This document shows, one piece after another, positions 21,403-33,475 of a DNA stretch of 49,580 bases (within the stretch, counting starts at the first letter, position 1; the number at the start of each line of letters is the position of its first letter). Position numbers and translations under genes: made by a program. Location: positions 1 to 49,580 of the forward strand of contig ADNK01000560.1 in assembly GCA_000320545.1 (NCBI GenBank), read 5' to 3'. The notes beneath the pieces were generated by a model. The model did not search any database and was not told where the DNA came from. It was given only the letters and a program-made list of their open reading frames with translations. The stretch is from Bigelowiella natans CCMP2755 (Eukaryota > Protista > Cercozoa).

Positions 21403-24208
21403 GTCAGGGAGTGCCGGGCGCCCATTCCAAGCTCATGCCAGCATGTGAACGCTCAGAAGCCACGGGCTGAGCCACCGGGACACCTTCCCGAAGCCCATCA
21501 CCTCCCGTCCAAACTTCCGATTTTTCCAACTTGGCCTCCTTGCCCTCAGCTCCCTCCACATGCTGGCATGGTCCCCAGTCACGTCCTGAGACCCAATCGA
21601 GTTCCCTTGATCCATCGTTCAACGCAGTTCGTCCGCTGCCAGTGCAGTTGCATTGCGCAGCGCTGACAACACAACTCTGAACCGTGCCAACGTGTGCTTT
21701 GACAATGCTCAAGTCCACAAAACTGACACCCTGTTGAGTGCACGACGTGAGCTGATCGCACACGAGCAAACTGCCAAAAGAGGAAGCTCACCGCTTGCTT
21801 GCGGGTCGTTTGGAGCACGCTGAACCAGCCACTTGCGCGCCAATGCACATCGTGCGCTGGACACACAGCATCCCTGTCAGCAGCATGCTGCGTGTCACAG
21901 TTGCCTGAAAATCAGGGAAAAATCCCCGCCATTTTTCCCCAAAGTGTTGCACCACGCAGGCCGACTCTGTGTCGCAAGCAAAACACCGAGGATGCTCCTG
22001 GAAAACATCCACGGTTTGACAACCGAGATGGATGTTTTCCCGCTGCACATGCCCCCTCCCATGACAATGTTTCTGGGCATGCAACGTGAGTTGCATGCCC
22101 CTGTGACCCCTGTGTGACCAGCTGAGCCACAGTGGACATGGCCTGAACCCGTGCAAGCATGCCTGCATGAAAATGTGAGACACAACAAAGCACAACGTGC
22201 ACTCCCATTTGCACTCATGCATGCGCATGCGCACTTGCATGCACTTTGTGGTCGCAGACTGACCACACGCAAAGCGCTGCACTGTTCACAACCCCGTCGT
22301 TGCCGGGTTTGACGGACTTGTGACATCGCATGCCAGCATGCGTCAGCGCGTGTTCCGCGAGTCAGCATGTGTGTTCTGTGTCATGTGCCATGCTGGCAGC
22401 TGCAGCTGGCAGCCTCCAGCGCGAACATGCGAACGGCATCGACCTGCTCCAGCTGCTCCAGCTAGCCGCCAGCGCTGACCAGCACGGCTTGCATCCATTG
22501 TGTTCGCAGCATCCCTCGTGCATGCTGGCTAGCTGGCATGCGCGTGCGCCGCTACCCGCACGCTCTCTCCACATCGCACACTCTGCTGGCAAGCTCTGGC
22601 GCTGCTGGTTGGTGGCCCCAGCTAGCCGGTGACACTGCTGCTGCGTGCTCTGGTGCTTGCAGCGCGTGCCAGCTAGCCAGCGTGGTTGCATGGAACGCCT
22701 GGACGCGGCAGCGCTGCACGCCATCCACGCATCGTGTCTGGACGCACACGCACGCACTTGCACTGAGCCATGCGCACAGTTCCATGGAACGATGCCAACG
22801 TGATGTTCTGGCGTCGTTGCGAAACGGGCACCCGCTGAGGTTGCCGCGTTGCCGCTGACCGGTCGCGCGTTCAACCGAGGTGAAATTTGTGATTTGGGAC
22901 AGATTGGAAAGGTCCAGCTAGCCAGTCAATCTGGTGATGAATGATGATGATGACCTGCACTTCCAAAACGTTGCAAGACACTTGCAGTGTGCGAAACGCA
23001 GTGCCTCGAACAAACCAGCTTGTTTCGGTGAGGTCCAATTGGTGAAACCAGCAGGAATTTGAGATTGGCGTTTTGGCCACAGTGGATCAATGTGACTAGC
23101 AGCAATGTGGCGTCGACGCAAAGCATCCACTCTGAGCAGGAACTTCCCAAAGGCCATGTTTGCTCGACGGTCCACGGACGGGTCGGCTGAACTTTCGTGC
23201 ACACGATTGGAGGACGATGGTGTGCAACACAATTAATCGCACAAGCAATTTCTCCTAAAAAAAGACCAAACCAAATGAAAGTGAGTTGGAAGTGCTCTGC
23301 AGCTCTGCAGCTTGAACTTGTTCAGAGTCTCTTGGTGCAAGCTGATCAGAGAATCTTCTCTGATTTGATCCTAAATGTTCAAAAATTGCTTAACTCATGA
23401 AAAATGGTCTACATTTTTAGCGACATGGGAATATTTACACCTCACAGTTTTCGGAAGTGATCTTACAGTTTGTTGCGACACAAGTGAGACATAACCTGAT
23501 GCAATCGAGAGACAAAAATGTGAAAACAAAGACTGACTTTTAGTCTGCTGGGAGAAACAACTTAAACAAAAATGTGATCATTTTTGAATAAATTACAAGA
23601 TTCTGATCCTTCTTTTGTTAAAATCGCATGTCAAGAGATGTCCCGCAGAAATGCAGCGCAGATCATTTTGGAATAAAACTGTGTCAAAAATCTCAAAAGG
23701 AATTTCATTTCTCCATAAATGCAGGCGTTCGAGCATGTCATTTGCTGCTAAATTGAAATTATGCGAGAAGAATGAAATTCCGATGCATTGATTTATATCT
23801 TACACTTGAAAGACGTGTGCGGATCCGCAAGTTGAATCTTATTCGTTCTTGGTTGGCGGTGCGCCTCCCCTCCTTCCACCCTAATTCTCTTGCAACCGTT
23901 TTCCATCCTACGTACCTACACTTATCATTTCAGACACAAAAACATCAATTTATAAACATAGTCACTCTAGTCATCCTAATTTTACCATTACCCCCTCAGA
24001 AAAGTTCCTCCTTCTGAACGTTGACTCCGGAATTTTGCTTCCTGATCGTGAAAGAAACTTCCCTACAGGTGCTAAATTCATACGATGACAATGTTACACC
24101 CTTAAATTATATAAAATTCTATATTCTGGGTATTAATTCCACGATCATTCTCACTTCACGTGGTCGCTTAAATCCGTTTTGATGTCAGGAACTGAAGAAA
24201 ACTAGAAA

Positions 24209-25802
24209 ATGGGAGTAACCCTCTCAGCCCCCATACGGTCAAAATGGCTGCAGCGTCGCGGTGATGAAAATTATATGGTAGGGAGTGCAGATATGCAAGG
24301 TTTTCGCATTGAAATGGAGGATGCGCTTACGGCTGCACTGAAGATGAGTGGCAAGCATTCCTCCCGGGCATTTTTTGGTGTATACGATGGTCATGGAGGC
24401 GCAAGATGTTCCAAGTACTTGGAAACTGCAATGGTCAAAGCAGTTGGCGAACTTGAAGGTATGCTGTGAATCTTTATGAGAGAATGATCCAGGTTTGAAG
24501 TTGTGGAATTTTCTCAGACCCGACGAACGAAGGAGCTCTAAAAAAAGTGTGTATGGCAGTGGATGCTGAATTCCTTAAACGCGAGGATGAGGTTGGCATT
24601 TTTTTTTTAAATTCCAATTATATCAGTTAAATTGACATATGATTTTTGTTTGCAGCGTGAAGACGGTTCTACAGCTGTTTTCTGTGTAGTGACTCCCCAA
24701 GAGGGCAAGAAAGTCTACAATATCACCGCTGCAAACATTGGCGATTCTCGTGCATTGTTAATCCGGGCGGATGGAAAGATAGAGGCTATGACAGAAGATC
24801 ACAAACCAAACAATGCTGAAGAGATGGAGCGGATTACACGGGTGAACATTATAGAAAACTGAACGGTGATAGTAAGCTTGAATATCTAATCCTTGACCCC
24901 TGTAGGCCGGAGGATCTGTATCCTCGTGTCGTGTGGATGGGCAACTTGCTCTTTCCCGTGCTATCGGAGACTGGAATTATAAAGATAACCCCAATCTTGA
25001 GCCTAAAGACCAGAAGGTGACATTTTCTGTTGATGTCACTCGACGTGAAATCTCAATATATATACATATGCTGCACAGGTGATTCCCGTTCCAGATATCA
25101 CTTCATTTGTGGCAAAGGAGGGCGATACTCTCTTGATTTGTTGTGATGGTCTTTTCGAGCAGATGTCAAATGAAGAGGTGAGAATAGGTTGCTTGCCCCA
25201 TGTCCAATCGAATTGAGTTTGTTTGAACAGGTTGGAGGATATGTCTACAAGCAATTGGAAGAAACAAAGTACGCGGATCCCGCTGATGTCTTGAAAGGAT
25301 TACTCGACCTATCACTTGAACGAGGCAGCAAGGATAACATGTCTGCCCTTGCAGTGTGCTTCAGGGATGGAACGAAATATCACAAAGTAAATATGCATTC
25401 ATGGAACAATAAGTCAGGAGTAAATATCTTGTCTTTGATCAGGCTTCGGGTGAATTTGTCCCAGGCCCATATCATCAGCATGCCCACAATGAGAAGTTTA
25501 AGAAAGCATATCTAAATGACGCCAAGCGACACGGATTCGAAGAAGAAAAACTCATGTCGGTGATTCCAAAACCTCCCAACGGGTACAAACCAACCGAGGA
25601 ACAGGAGGACGAGAATCCGATGCAGCAGATGATTTCCAAAGCTCTTGAGGTTAGAAAGAATTCCAATTATGGAATTGGATTAGTCACTGAGAATAATATT
25701 GTGCAGGGTCAAATGGGTGAAGATGTAAAACAAAGACTATTGATGGCGATGTTCGCTCGCGCCCAAGGGGGTGGGCCAGGAGGAAATCAACCTAACCAAT
25801 AG
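24209..25802 (+). CDS. Protein phosphatase 2C (PPM family), multi-exon, probable N-myristoylation
   Basis: MGVTLSAP; MQGFRIEMEDA; FFGVYDGHGG; DGSTAV; ANIGDSRA; TEDHKPNN..E..RI; RVDGQLALSRAIGD; ICCDGLFE; GSKDNMS. Confidence 0.95.
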
Positions 25803-26671
25803 AGGACGCCGATTGAATGAAGGACTTACTATCATTCAAGGCTCGTCGTTAGTTAGCTACGTTGTTCTGTAGTCAGAAGCATGAGCTCCTACGTGCAATG
25901 CATGTAGGAGACTGAAGATATAACATATACTACACTAAATTGGTTGTTAAGACTGATGGGCCCTTGTCGTCTACTTTTGCGACGTGGTCCGTATGTCTAG
26001 GCTTCGTTGTCGCTACATTTTCGTCATAGCAGAGCAGAGATAACTAGTTGCGCCAAATTCTACGGCTGGGCTGGAAAGTCTCAAATTTATATCATAATAT
26101 GATGGTAGGTACTAAAAATAGCTTGGAGTTTTTCAAATGATGATTATTCTTTAATTGATCGAGTATAAACTAGCTAGGCTTGCTAAAAGCGTGTAAAAAG
26201 ATAGAATGCACACAGCAGTCACTTAATGAGCATGTATGGATGCGTTCAAATAAGTAACTGCATTATTACGTTGTCGGGTAGTTTTATTCTTACTTGGCCT
26301 GACGTTATTTTGCATCTGTATACGAGAAGCATGCCATAGAGAACGAGATAAGCATATGGAAGCCATACAGCTCGTTGAATAACATCTCATTCTTTGGACA
26401 AAATCGACGTTATTTACCTACGTACGAATACATGTCTAGATGTGCTTGAAACACCAGCAGAGTTGAGAGCGATGTGCAGGCTTTATTTAGGCGACGCGAG
26501 CGCGCAGCTAGCATGCTAGCATGACATGCACGACTATGCATACAATGCTCCTGCCACAGCCGCTTTCTAGCTTATTTGCTATAATTGCTTGTTGCATGCT
26601 AGCATGCGCACTGTCTGTTGCTAGCGAGCATGGAAAGATGACAGCTATGCATGCGATGGTCAAGACCCACA

Positions 26672-27087
26672 CAGCTCCGTCAAACCCGGTGACGACGGGG
26701 TTGTGAACAGTGCAGCGCTTTGCGACGCGCTTTGAAGCAGCAGGCAGTTGCAGTTGGTCAAAGAAATGTCATCAGAACTTGTCCGATGGCCAAACCTCAA
26801 AAAATGACCGAAGCATTGACCCAATGTCCATTTTCAAGGCCTCAATGAGCGCGCAAAGTGTGAAAATTCACACCCGTTATTGTGCAGAGGATGCACGCTG
26901 CGCGTTTTTGTTCTCTGCCACATTTTGAATGCTTTTGCGCGTGTGTTTGACCAAATGTGATATGCACGAAAAATTTCAAAGAAATGCGAGCAAATCCAAT
27001 GTCCATTGCATCACATGACGCGCTTGGTCGCGCGCAAAAGCTTCCATATGCATGTTCTGGCGATTCGTTACAGGTTTGACGGAGCTG
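26672..27087. mobile_element. 416-bp non-autonomous TIR element (MITE-like) related to 15283-22320, inverted orientation
   Basis: Ends CAGCTCCGTCAAACCCGGTGACGA and, in reverse complement, CAGCTCCGTCAAACCTGTAACGA; flanks CA and TG. About 50 bp at each end align with the ends of the larger element, while the interiors look unrelated. Confidence 0.8.
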
Positions 27088-27466
27088 TGCAACTCTAGAA
27101 CTAGCCAATGATGAGGATCGAGCGACAAGGCGGTGCATCTAGCAGAGAGCATGACGTGCACACTTCGAACAGAAAGCACAGCTACATATGTCAAACCGCA
27201 AACGCTAGCAGCACGGTGTATGTCCATAAGTGTAAGAGATGGTGTTCATCGCTTGGCATCGCACGACCGCAAGTGTCCCGTCTAGCCGTCGCAACAAGCC
27301 ATCAGTGTCAAGCTCAACAATTTCATTGGCCACCAAAGACAGATATCCTGCATGTCGTAGATTTGAAGAATGGGCATCAACTTGAAATTCTAGCACTGAA
27401 AGTATGGATCATGGGCAAGGCTTCTCTGCCAACAATGACCCCTAATGCCATATGCTAGCATGCGGA

Positions 27467-28563
27467 TCATTCAAACTTGCTCCCAGCTTCTAAGAGCTTG
27501 ACTACAGCTTTCGGGTTTCCGAGAGTCAGGGCTTCAGTATCATATTCCAACAATTTTTTCCTGCACGAGGTAGAAGATAGGAAAATCAAACAGACAATAT
27601 AACCGGACATGAGAATAGAAAGTAAATCAGATGTTGCAAAAACCCCGCATTCTATTTGAGGCAGAATTTTTTTGCAATGACTATCAATGGATCGGCTGTA
27701 CACAGAGTGATGAGTGATGAAGATGTTCCTTTAAATATATCAGTCTATCCTTCTCACCTCTTAGCTCTTCGAAGGACTCCTTTGAGGACGAAGCTGTTAA
27801 TTTTCTGCTTCAGCTCTCCCAATGTTATGGTTATCATACCATCCTTGTTCTTCGCTCCTGATGACTTGATCACCGTGAGCAGGTCGATTATCTGCTTCTT
27901 GACCCACATTTTCCCTTTTTGTGCGTTCTTCGCGATTTCAATAGACGCAAGTGAGGAGCTCGTGCGCCTGTGCTTTAGCTTACTCTGGGGAAGGAGGATT
28001 GGGGGAAGAGAAAAATTGAGGCTGGGTGTTATGCAACGTATGTGGTGGTATAAACATATTTAGAAGAGGATAATGGAGGCTCTTAAAGGTCAGTCTCGCA
28101 CTCCTTGGTCATAAACTGTTACCTTCTTATCGTTGCCTCCAAAGGCGCTCTCGATGGCGCCACATTCGAGGGACTCCAAAACAATTTCGGCCTCTTTCAC
28201 TTTACTGTGGTCTCCAAGGACCAACAAGCTCTCATCTGCCACTAATTTACCATCCTGATATTGTTGAGATAGAGGTAAGTATAATGATAACGAGTATTCA
28301 AGTTCTCGCTTCGTGTGCAGAAATTTTTTGATAGCAGCCAGTTCCTGTGTGGAAGCACGTGCTATATGTGAGTGTCGTCACCCCTTACCTTGCCAATTTT
28401 TTTTTTGGTGAAGCTCTTTGCCTCCTTAATGGAGGACTTCAGATAGATTTCGTTTGAGGTCTTCATACCCATCTTTAGCCTGTGTTGTTGGAGTGGTCGT
28501 AATAACTTCAGCGGTGAGATAGATGAGGTAATACTGGAAAATACCCCATTTACCCCATTTGAT

Positions 28564-28609
<46 letters not shown>

Positions 28610-30157
28610 TTTCCATTGTATTTTTAGTGCATGAGCACGCTTGCCAACACACACACACACACACACACACACACCATACCTTGCGAGTATGCGCCTTTCT
28701 GATTCACAATGCCTGCAGAATGCATCGATAATCTTTTGGCATTCTTCAACATTCTCCTTCTCCACGATCCCTACAAACGTTAAAACCGTAAATCATCCTT
28801 TGCCATAGTGTGTTGACTTGTGATTCGCAATTTGGAGCGCAGATTACCAAGAAGGGCCCAGGAGAGGAAGCATGTATCATCAGCAAAATGGTTGCCTCCT
28901 GGAGTTACATATGGCAATTAAAAATTATAAGAAACATCCCTGACGATGTAGCGAATAACTTGTCATAAAAATCAACCTTTGCACTATATACTTATAATCT
29001 CGACATTCATACGTGATTGGATCAGTTTCTATATGGTCTGCGAGCGCATTGTGAAGAGTAATACGATCGTTTTCCTCCTCATTCTCTCAAGATTACTACC
29101 GTCCCTGATGATAGCCCTGATCTCCCTTGGTGCCCTCTGTGAGATCTTCTCGTGCAGGTTCTCCTGCTGGCGTTGGAACTCCTTATAGAGTGATTCTGCG
29201 CCAAACAGGGCTGGATTAGATTTATCAAAGATCTTGTCCTTGAACTTCAACGCGATGTGGAGCTTCTTGGGGTTCCGCTCCTTGATGGCGGTTACGAGTC
29301 CCTTGATCGCCTGCTTCTCCTCCTCCAGAGCGATGAGAAGTACCCGTCCTTCCTTACACACGTCGAAGAACTCGTCACCCTCGACGTAGCTGCGCTCCAG
29401 CAAGCGTGTTCCGTCCTCGCTCATTGGATATCTGAAGAGCGGGGGTAAATGAGAAAAACAGAAACATTTCGATATTCCTCGGGTAACGCGAGCAACGTCT
29501 CTGTTCTTTTCTACTGTCACTGTGTGAGACCCCGTTTTTTTTAATTCCTTGCATCATCACCACTTCCACCTAAACTAGCGTTTCAATCTTCACTCTCACG
29601 CCATGGCCTTCGCACCACTACCTACAAATGCCCTTGAATTCGTCAGCCTTCTTTAGCGCGGCAGTGAGTTCGTCATAGTCCCTTGTCTTGATCGCCATGC
29701 GCACCGCCTCAATCACAACCTTCTCTCTTTCCCGGAATAAGATGTACTCCTGCAATAACTTCACAATCGCATGATCGCCAAGCCCCAGTCTCTTCGCTTC
29801 GCGCAGCAAAGCACGCAACTCCTCGAGAGAAAGATTCTTGTAGTTTTCGAGTAGGGTCTTCTTGATCTTCTCTGGCAGCTCCATCTTGGCTTTGATGTCC
29901 GGGTTATCGTCAAATACCTGTTGATGATCACAGCGATGGTAAGTATTGTACGGCCCTTATGGATGATACACCACTTCCGGTGAAATGTTTCAGTTGTAAA
30001 CCTTTTGTAGACGAGCGAGAACTCCTATCGTCTCTTCCCACTCCATCGGATTTATCTTAGAAATTACGAGAGTTTCTTCCTGCTGCGCGTATTCGAGAAC
30101 CTAAGCATGTGATGTTTTAGTTTTGGCGATATTTAGGGTTATCCATTGCTCTAATGT

Positions 30158-30233
<76 letters not shown>

Positions 30234-31143
30234 CCTCTTCCCTTCCCAGAATGTTATCTTAACGAAAGCACCTTGAACTCCTTGGCACAGTCGCGTGCCT
30301 CGCAGAGCTCGAAGCGCGTCTTAGCGTCCGTGAGTTGTTTCTTCAAGATGAACTCGGCTTGGATATTTTTCAAGAGTTTTTTGGCCAATGTGACCCACTC
30401 TCCCTTGAGTCCAAGCTTGAGGCCCCTTTCGATCGCAGCCTCAATGAGTTTGGCATCTCTGGCCTTCATAGCGGCTAGCAAATCCTTGTGGAAAGATTCG
30501 ATAGCCTTTGCAAGCTTCGTGGCACAGAGGAACATTGGATCTGACACGATGTCGCATTCTTGAGCTTTTTTTATCGCCTCCCTCAGACGCTTCAGATCGC
30601 GATCGACAGCAGCCTCACTCAGCTCGCGGATTCGGAGACCACGTAGAGCCTCAAGTTCACGCTGCTTCTCCTCTGCAGTTCTTAAACTTCGCCGCACAGC
30701 CTTCTGTAGAATCCGGAGAACGATGTTTGGGTTGTTATCATTCGTCTTGACCTGCACACAATTCTGGAAGTGGAAGGACTGCATTACTTCGTCTTTATCG
30801 TCGCGTGCGAGCTTAAGGGTGAGGAGGCATAGTTTACGGATGAGCCATTCCCCAGCGTCGGGATCCATGATGCGAAGAAGCTGCAACAGATCCGCCTCCT
30901 GACGAATGAGCTTTCGCATTCCAGCCACAGTTTTCTCCTCTATGAGAGGCACGCGAGAAAGAAATACCTCGCGCATGGCCGCGGAGATTGTTGTCGGCCT
31001 GATGGAGGGGAGGAAGGCAGCCAGAAAGCGCGCGCTGCGGGTCTCGAGCGCTATCTTTGTCACCTTGAAATCGTCTGGCTCAATTTCCTCCACATACAGG
31101 TACCTGTTGGAATGATGTTGCTCTTTAAGATGGCGACTAGCAT

Positions 31144-31188
<45 letters not shown>

Positions 31189-32847
31189 AACACACACACA
31201 CACACACAATATTTTTCTTCATTAGATTCGCTTGTTATCTGCTCGTCCTTACGAGCTCTCAGGGCACGTGAACAAGTCGTCGAGATCTTCGCAGTGGTCG
31301 TGGTCGTCATTCTGAGTTGTTCATTTTCGATAAGCACGAATAATTCATCCAGAGTAATGAAAGTCTTCCCCCGCTCTCAACCTCCTCGCCCCCCTCCATT
31401 GAATCCTTTTTCAGACCTCAGCAACGAGGGGATCATTCTCATCAACCGCCCAGTGGATCTTCTCCAAAACATCTGCCTTTTCATCTGCGACATCAGTCAT
31501 TGAAGGAGGTATTATTTAGAATTCCATGCGATGTGCAACACGTTCTCATAGCTTTCGTATCAGATTTAACGATGAAACAAAATAGATATTCTCACAGCAC
31601 CTAGAACGATGGTATGTGTAGGAAGCACGATGCCGATTTCGCTGTCACTTTTCCCCTCCGGTGTCTTATTTTCATTCTTCTGCTCCTCGTCTGCTCTGGT
31701 AACGAGTATCTCTCCATTATCAAACTTGATGCGATGACCTTCCTGCTCCTTCTTTGATCGGATCTCGTCTTTTCAGTAGAAGAAAACACGACATTTAATC
31801 CAAAACTCAAGAGATATTTGAATCATTTTAGAGTGTTCAGGTTGCTATTCCTCCCGACAACAACTATTTCAAAATTCTGAGCTAACCTTTATCCTGAAGA
31901 TTTCTTTCCGCTATAAGCAGCCTCTCGTATGTGTCAATCGCAAGGAACTCGTAGATTCTGGAAGAGTGGGACGCAAAACAGGAGATGAGTTATGAAGACT
32001 GTTTCCCGGGTTATTCTATATTTTTGCAACCATGTGTTCTTTTGGATTCGACAAAATATGGGCATGGAATTATAGAGTTTTCATAACTGACTGTGAAATT
32101 GTCGGATCTTTGGACTTATCCTCTGCTTTGTTGACGGCTTGTAACAGACTTTGCCAGAAGTTTTCAAGTCCCTCCCTTCTTCCCGCTGGCTCCACGCTCT
32201 CTGATCCGACCTTGAGGAGGTAGAAATCGATCATTTAACGCAATTTTCTTTTAAAAACACTGTTACTGTAAAACACACAACAGCCTAAGGTTAGTTCTAT
32301 TCTCGACGGAAATTCTTCTAACCCCTATCTTCTTCAGAGCGGACCAGAACATTCCTTTCCTTCCAGGAAGAACTTTGACAATATCTGCGTATTTTCCTTT
32401 GATACTATCGCCTAATCCTACGATCTCCTTGAACTGTTTTTTCACCAGCCAGGGCTTAGCGCCTTTCTGCTTATGCCGCACTCTCAGAGCATAGTACACG
32501 TGCTCGGCTCCCTGTTGGTGGTGAACACATATCCATATGACTATGACAAAAACTTCTAGATTTCAAAATTGAAATACAGTATAGCTTAAGAGAAGAGGAC
32601 GGCACGAAAGCAATTCTGAGAAGGGGGACAAACCTTCTTATCGTTTCTGATTTCATAGTGTGACACCTGGCAAAGGAAAGGAAAAGCTTCTGAGCTATTT
32701 CGGGCAGAATTACGCGAACGAACAAGTGACGATGATACATGAATTACTAAGGCTGTTGGTTCGGAATTAGCGCCTGTAAAGTACCGTCACAATGTAGTTG
32801 TAGCCAAAAGGCTTCCAATTAGGTACGGGTGGCTGCTCCTCAGACAT
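27467..32847 (-). CDS. Large multi-exon protein: N-terminal PX-like domain, helical/coiled middle, C-terminal Costars (ABRACL/ABRA-C) domain
   Basis: N-terminus VTVSHYEIRNDKKGAEHVYYALRV...WLVKKQFKEIVGL...RREGLEKFWQSLL...YEFL fits the PX pattern. C-terminus KQIIDLLTVIKSSGAKNKDGMITITLGEL...LKGVLRRAKR|KKLLEYDTEALTLG resembles Costars. Long internal exons at 30254-31093, 29618-29884 and 29029-29430. Continuity as one gene is inferred. Confidence 0.65.
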
Positions 32848-33475
32848 GACTTCAACAGCCTGGTAATTATCAGGAAAGCAATCATATCTTCCCTTCGACC
32901 AAAATATCCCCACTAACCCTCTCGAGCCCCTCAGCTAAACCGTTAATGGACCTAACTGCGTGCTCTGTGTGGTGGTGTGCTATGCTGTGCTGACCGGATG
33001 ATTCGATATTTATTATTATCAGAGGCAATGTTTTAGTAACGCTTATTGCTATTTCATCACGTGCGACATCACTTCCTGCTTGACGTATTGAAAAATTCCA
33101 TTACGCTCTGTCGGTTTCAACAGCTAAGTTTTTATTAGAGGATTGAGGATAGTCGGCGATATTTTTTCTATCTCGTACTCGAAATTGATAAAATACAAGT
33201 GCACGTGCCCCACCGCACGCGCCATGATTTAGGTCTTAACTCTGCCCATCCTGGAGAAGGACCAGCACGAAATGGTGCCGATTTTATCTGTTGCAAGAAC
33301 TTTCTTACAGACTCAGATCCTGTCGTAGATCTACACTCATAGCAGTTTCACGATTTCGCGAGAAAAATTTGGAAATCATAGGCGAATATTTCCTGGTGAC
33401 ATTATAAACGTTGTTGTCGTAAGTTTATCTGGTGCTCTTTGTTAGTTTTCAGAGATCTCGTCGAGGTCTCACAAG

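Larger units (their letters stand above)
15283..22320. mobile_element. Old TIR (DNA-transposon-like) element, about 1.32 kb after removing the nested LTR element; TA-erased
   Basis: Left end CAAGTCCGTCAAACCTGCAACGA (from 15283) and right end reverse complement CAAGTCCGTCAAACCCGGCAACGA (from 22320). Flanks are CA and TG, consistent with a mutated TA target duplication (Tc1/mariner-like). Both ends are homologous to the element at 26672-27087. No transposase motif was recognised. Confidence 0.75.

Noticed and set aside
15273-22330. CATCGCA on both sides of the TIR element as a possible 7-bp TSD
   Set aside because: It is offset by one non-complementary base from each TIR, and the sister element at 26672-27087 shows no such duplication. 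A mutated TA TSD fits both elements, though this alternative is not fully excluded.
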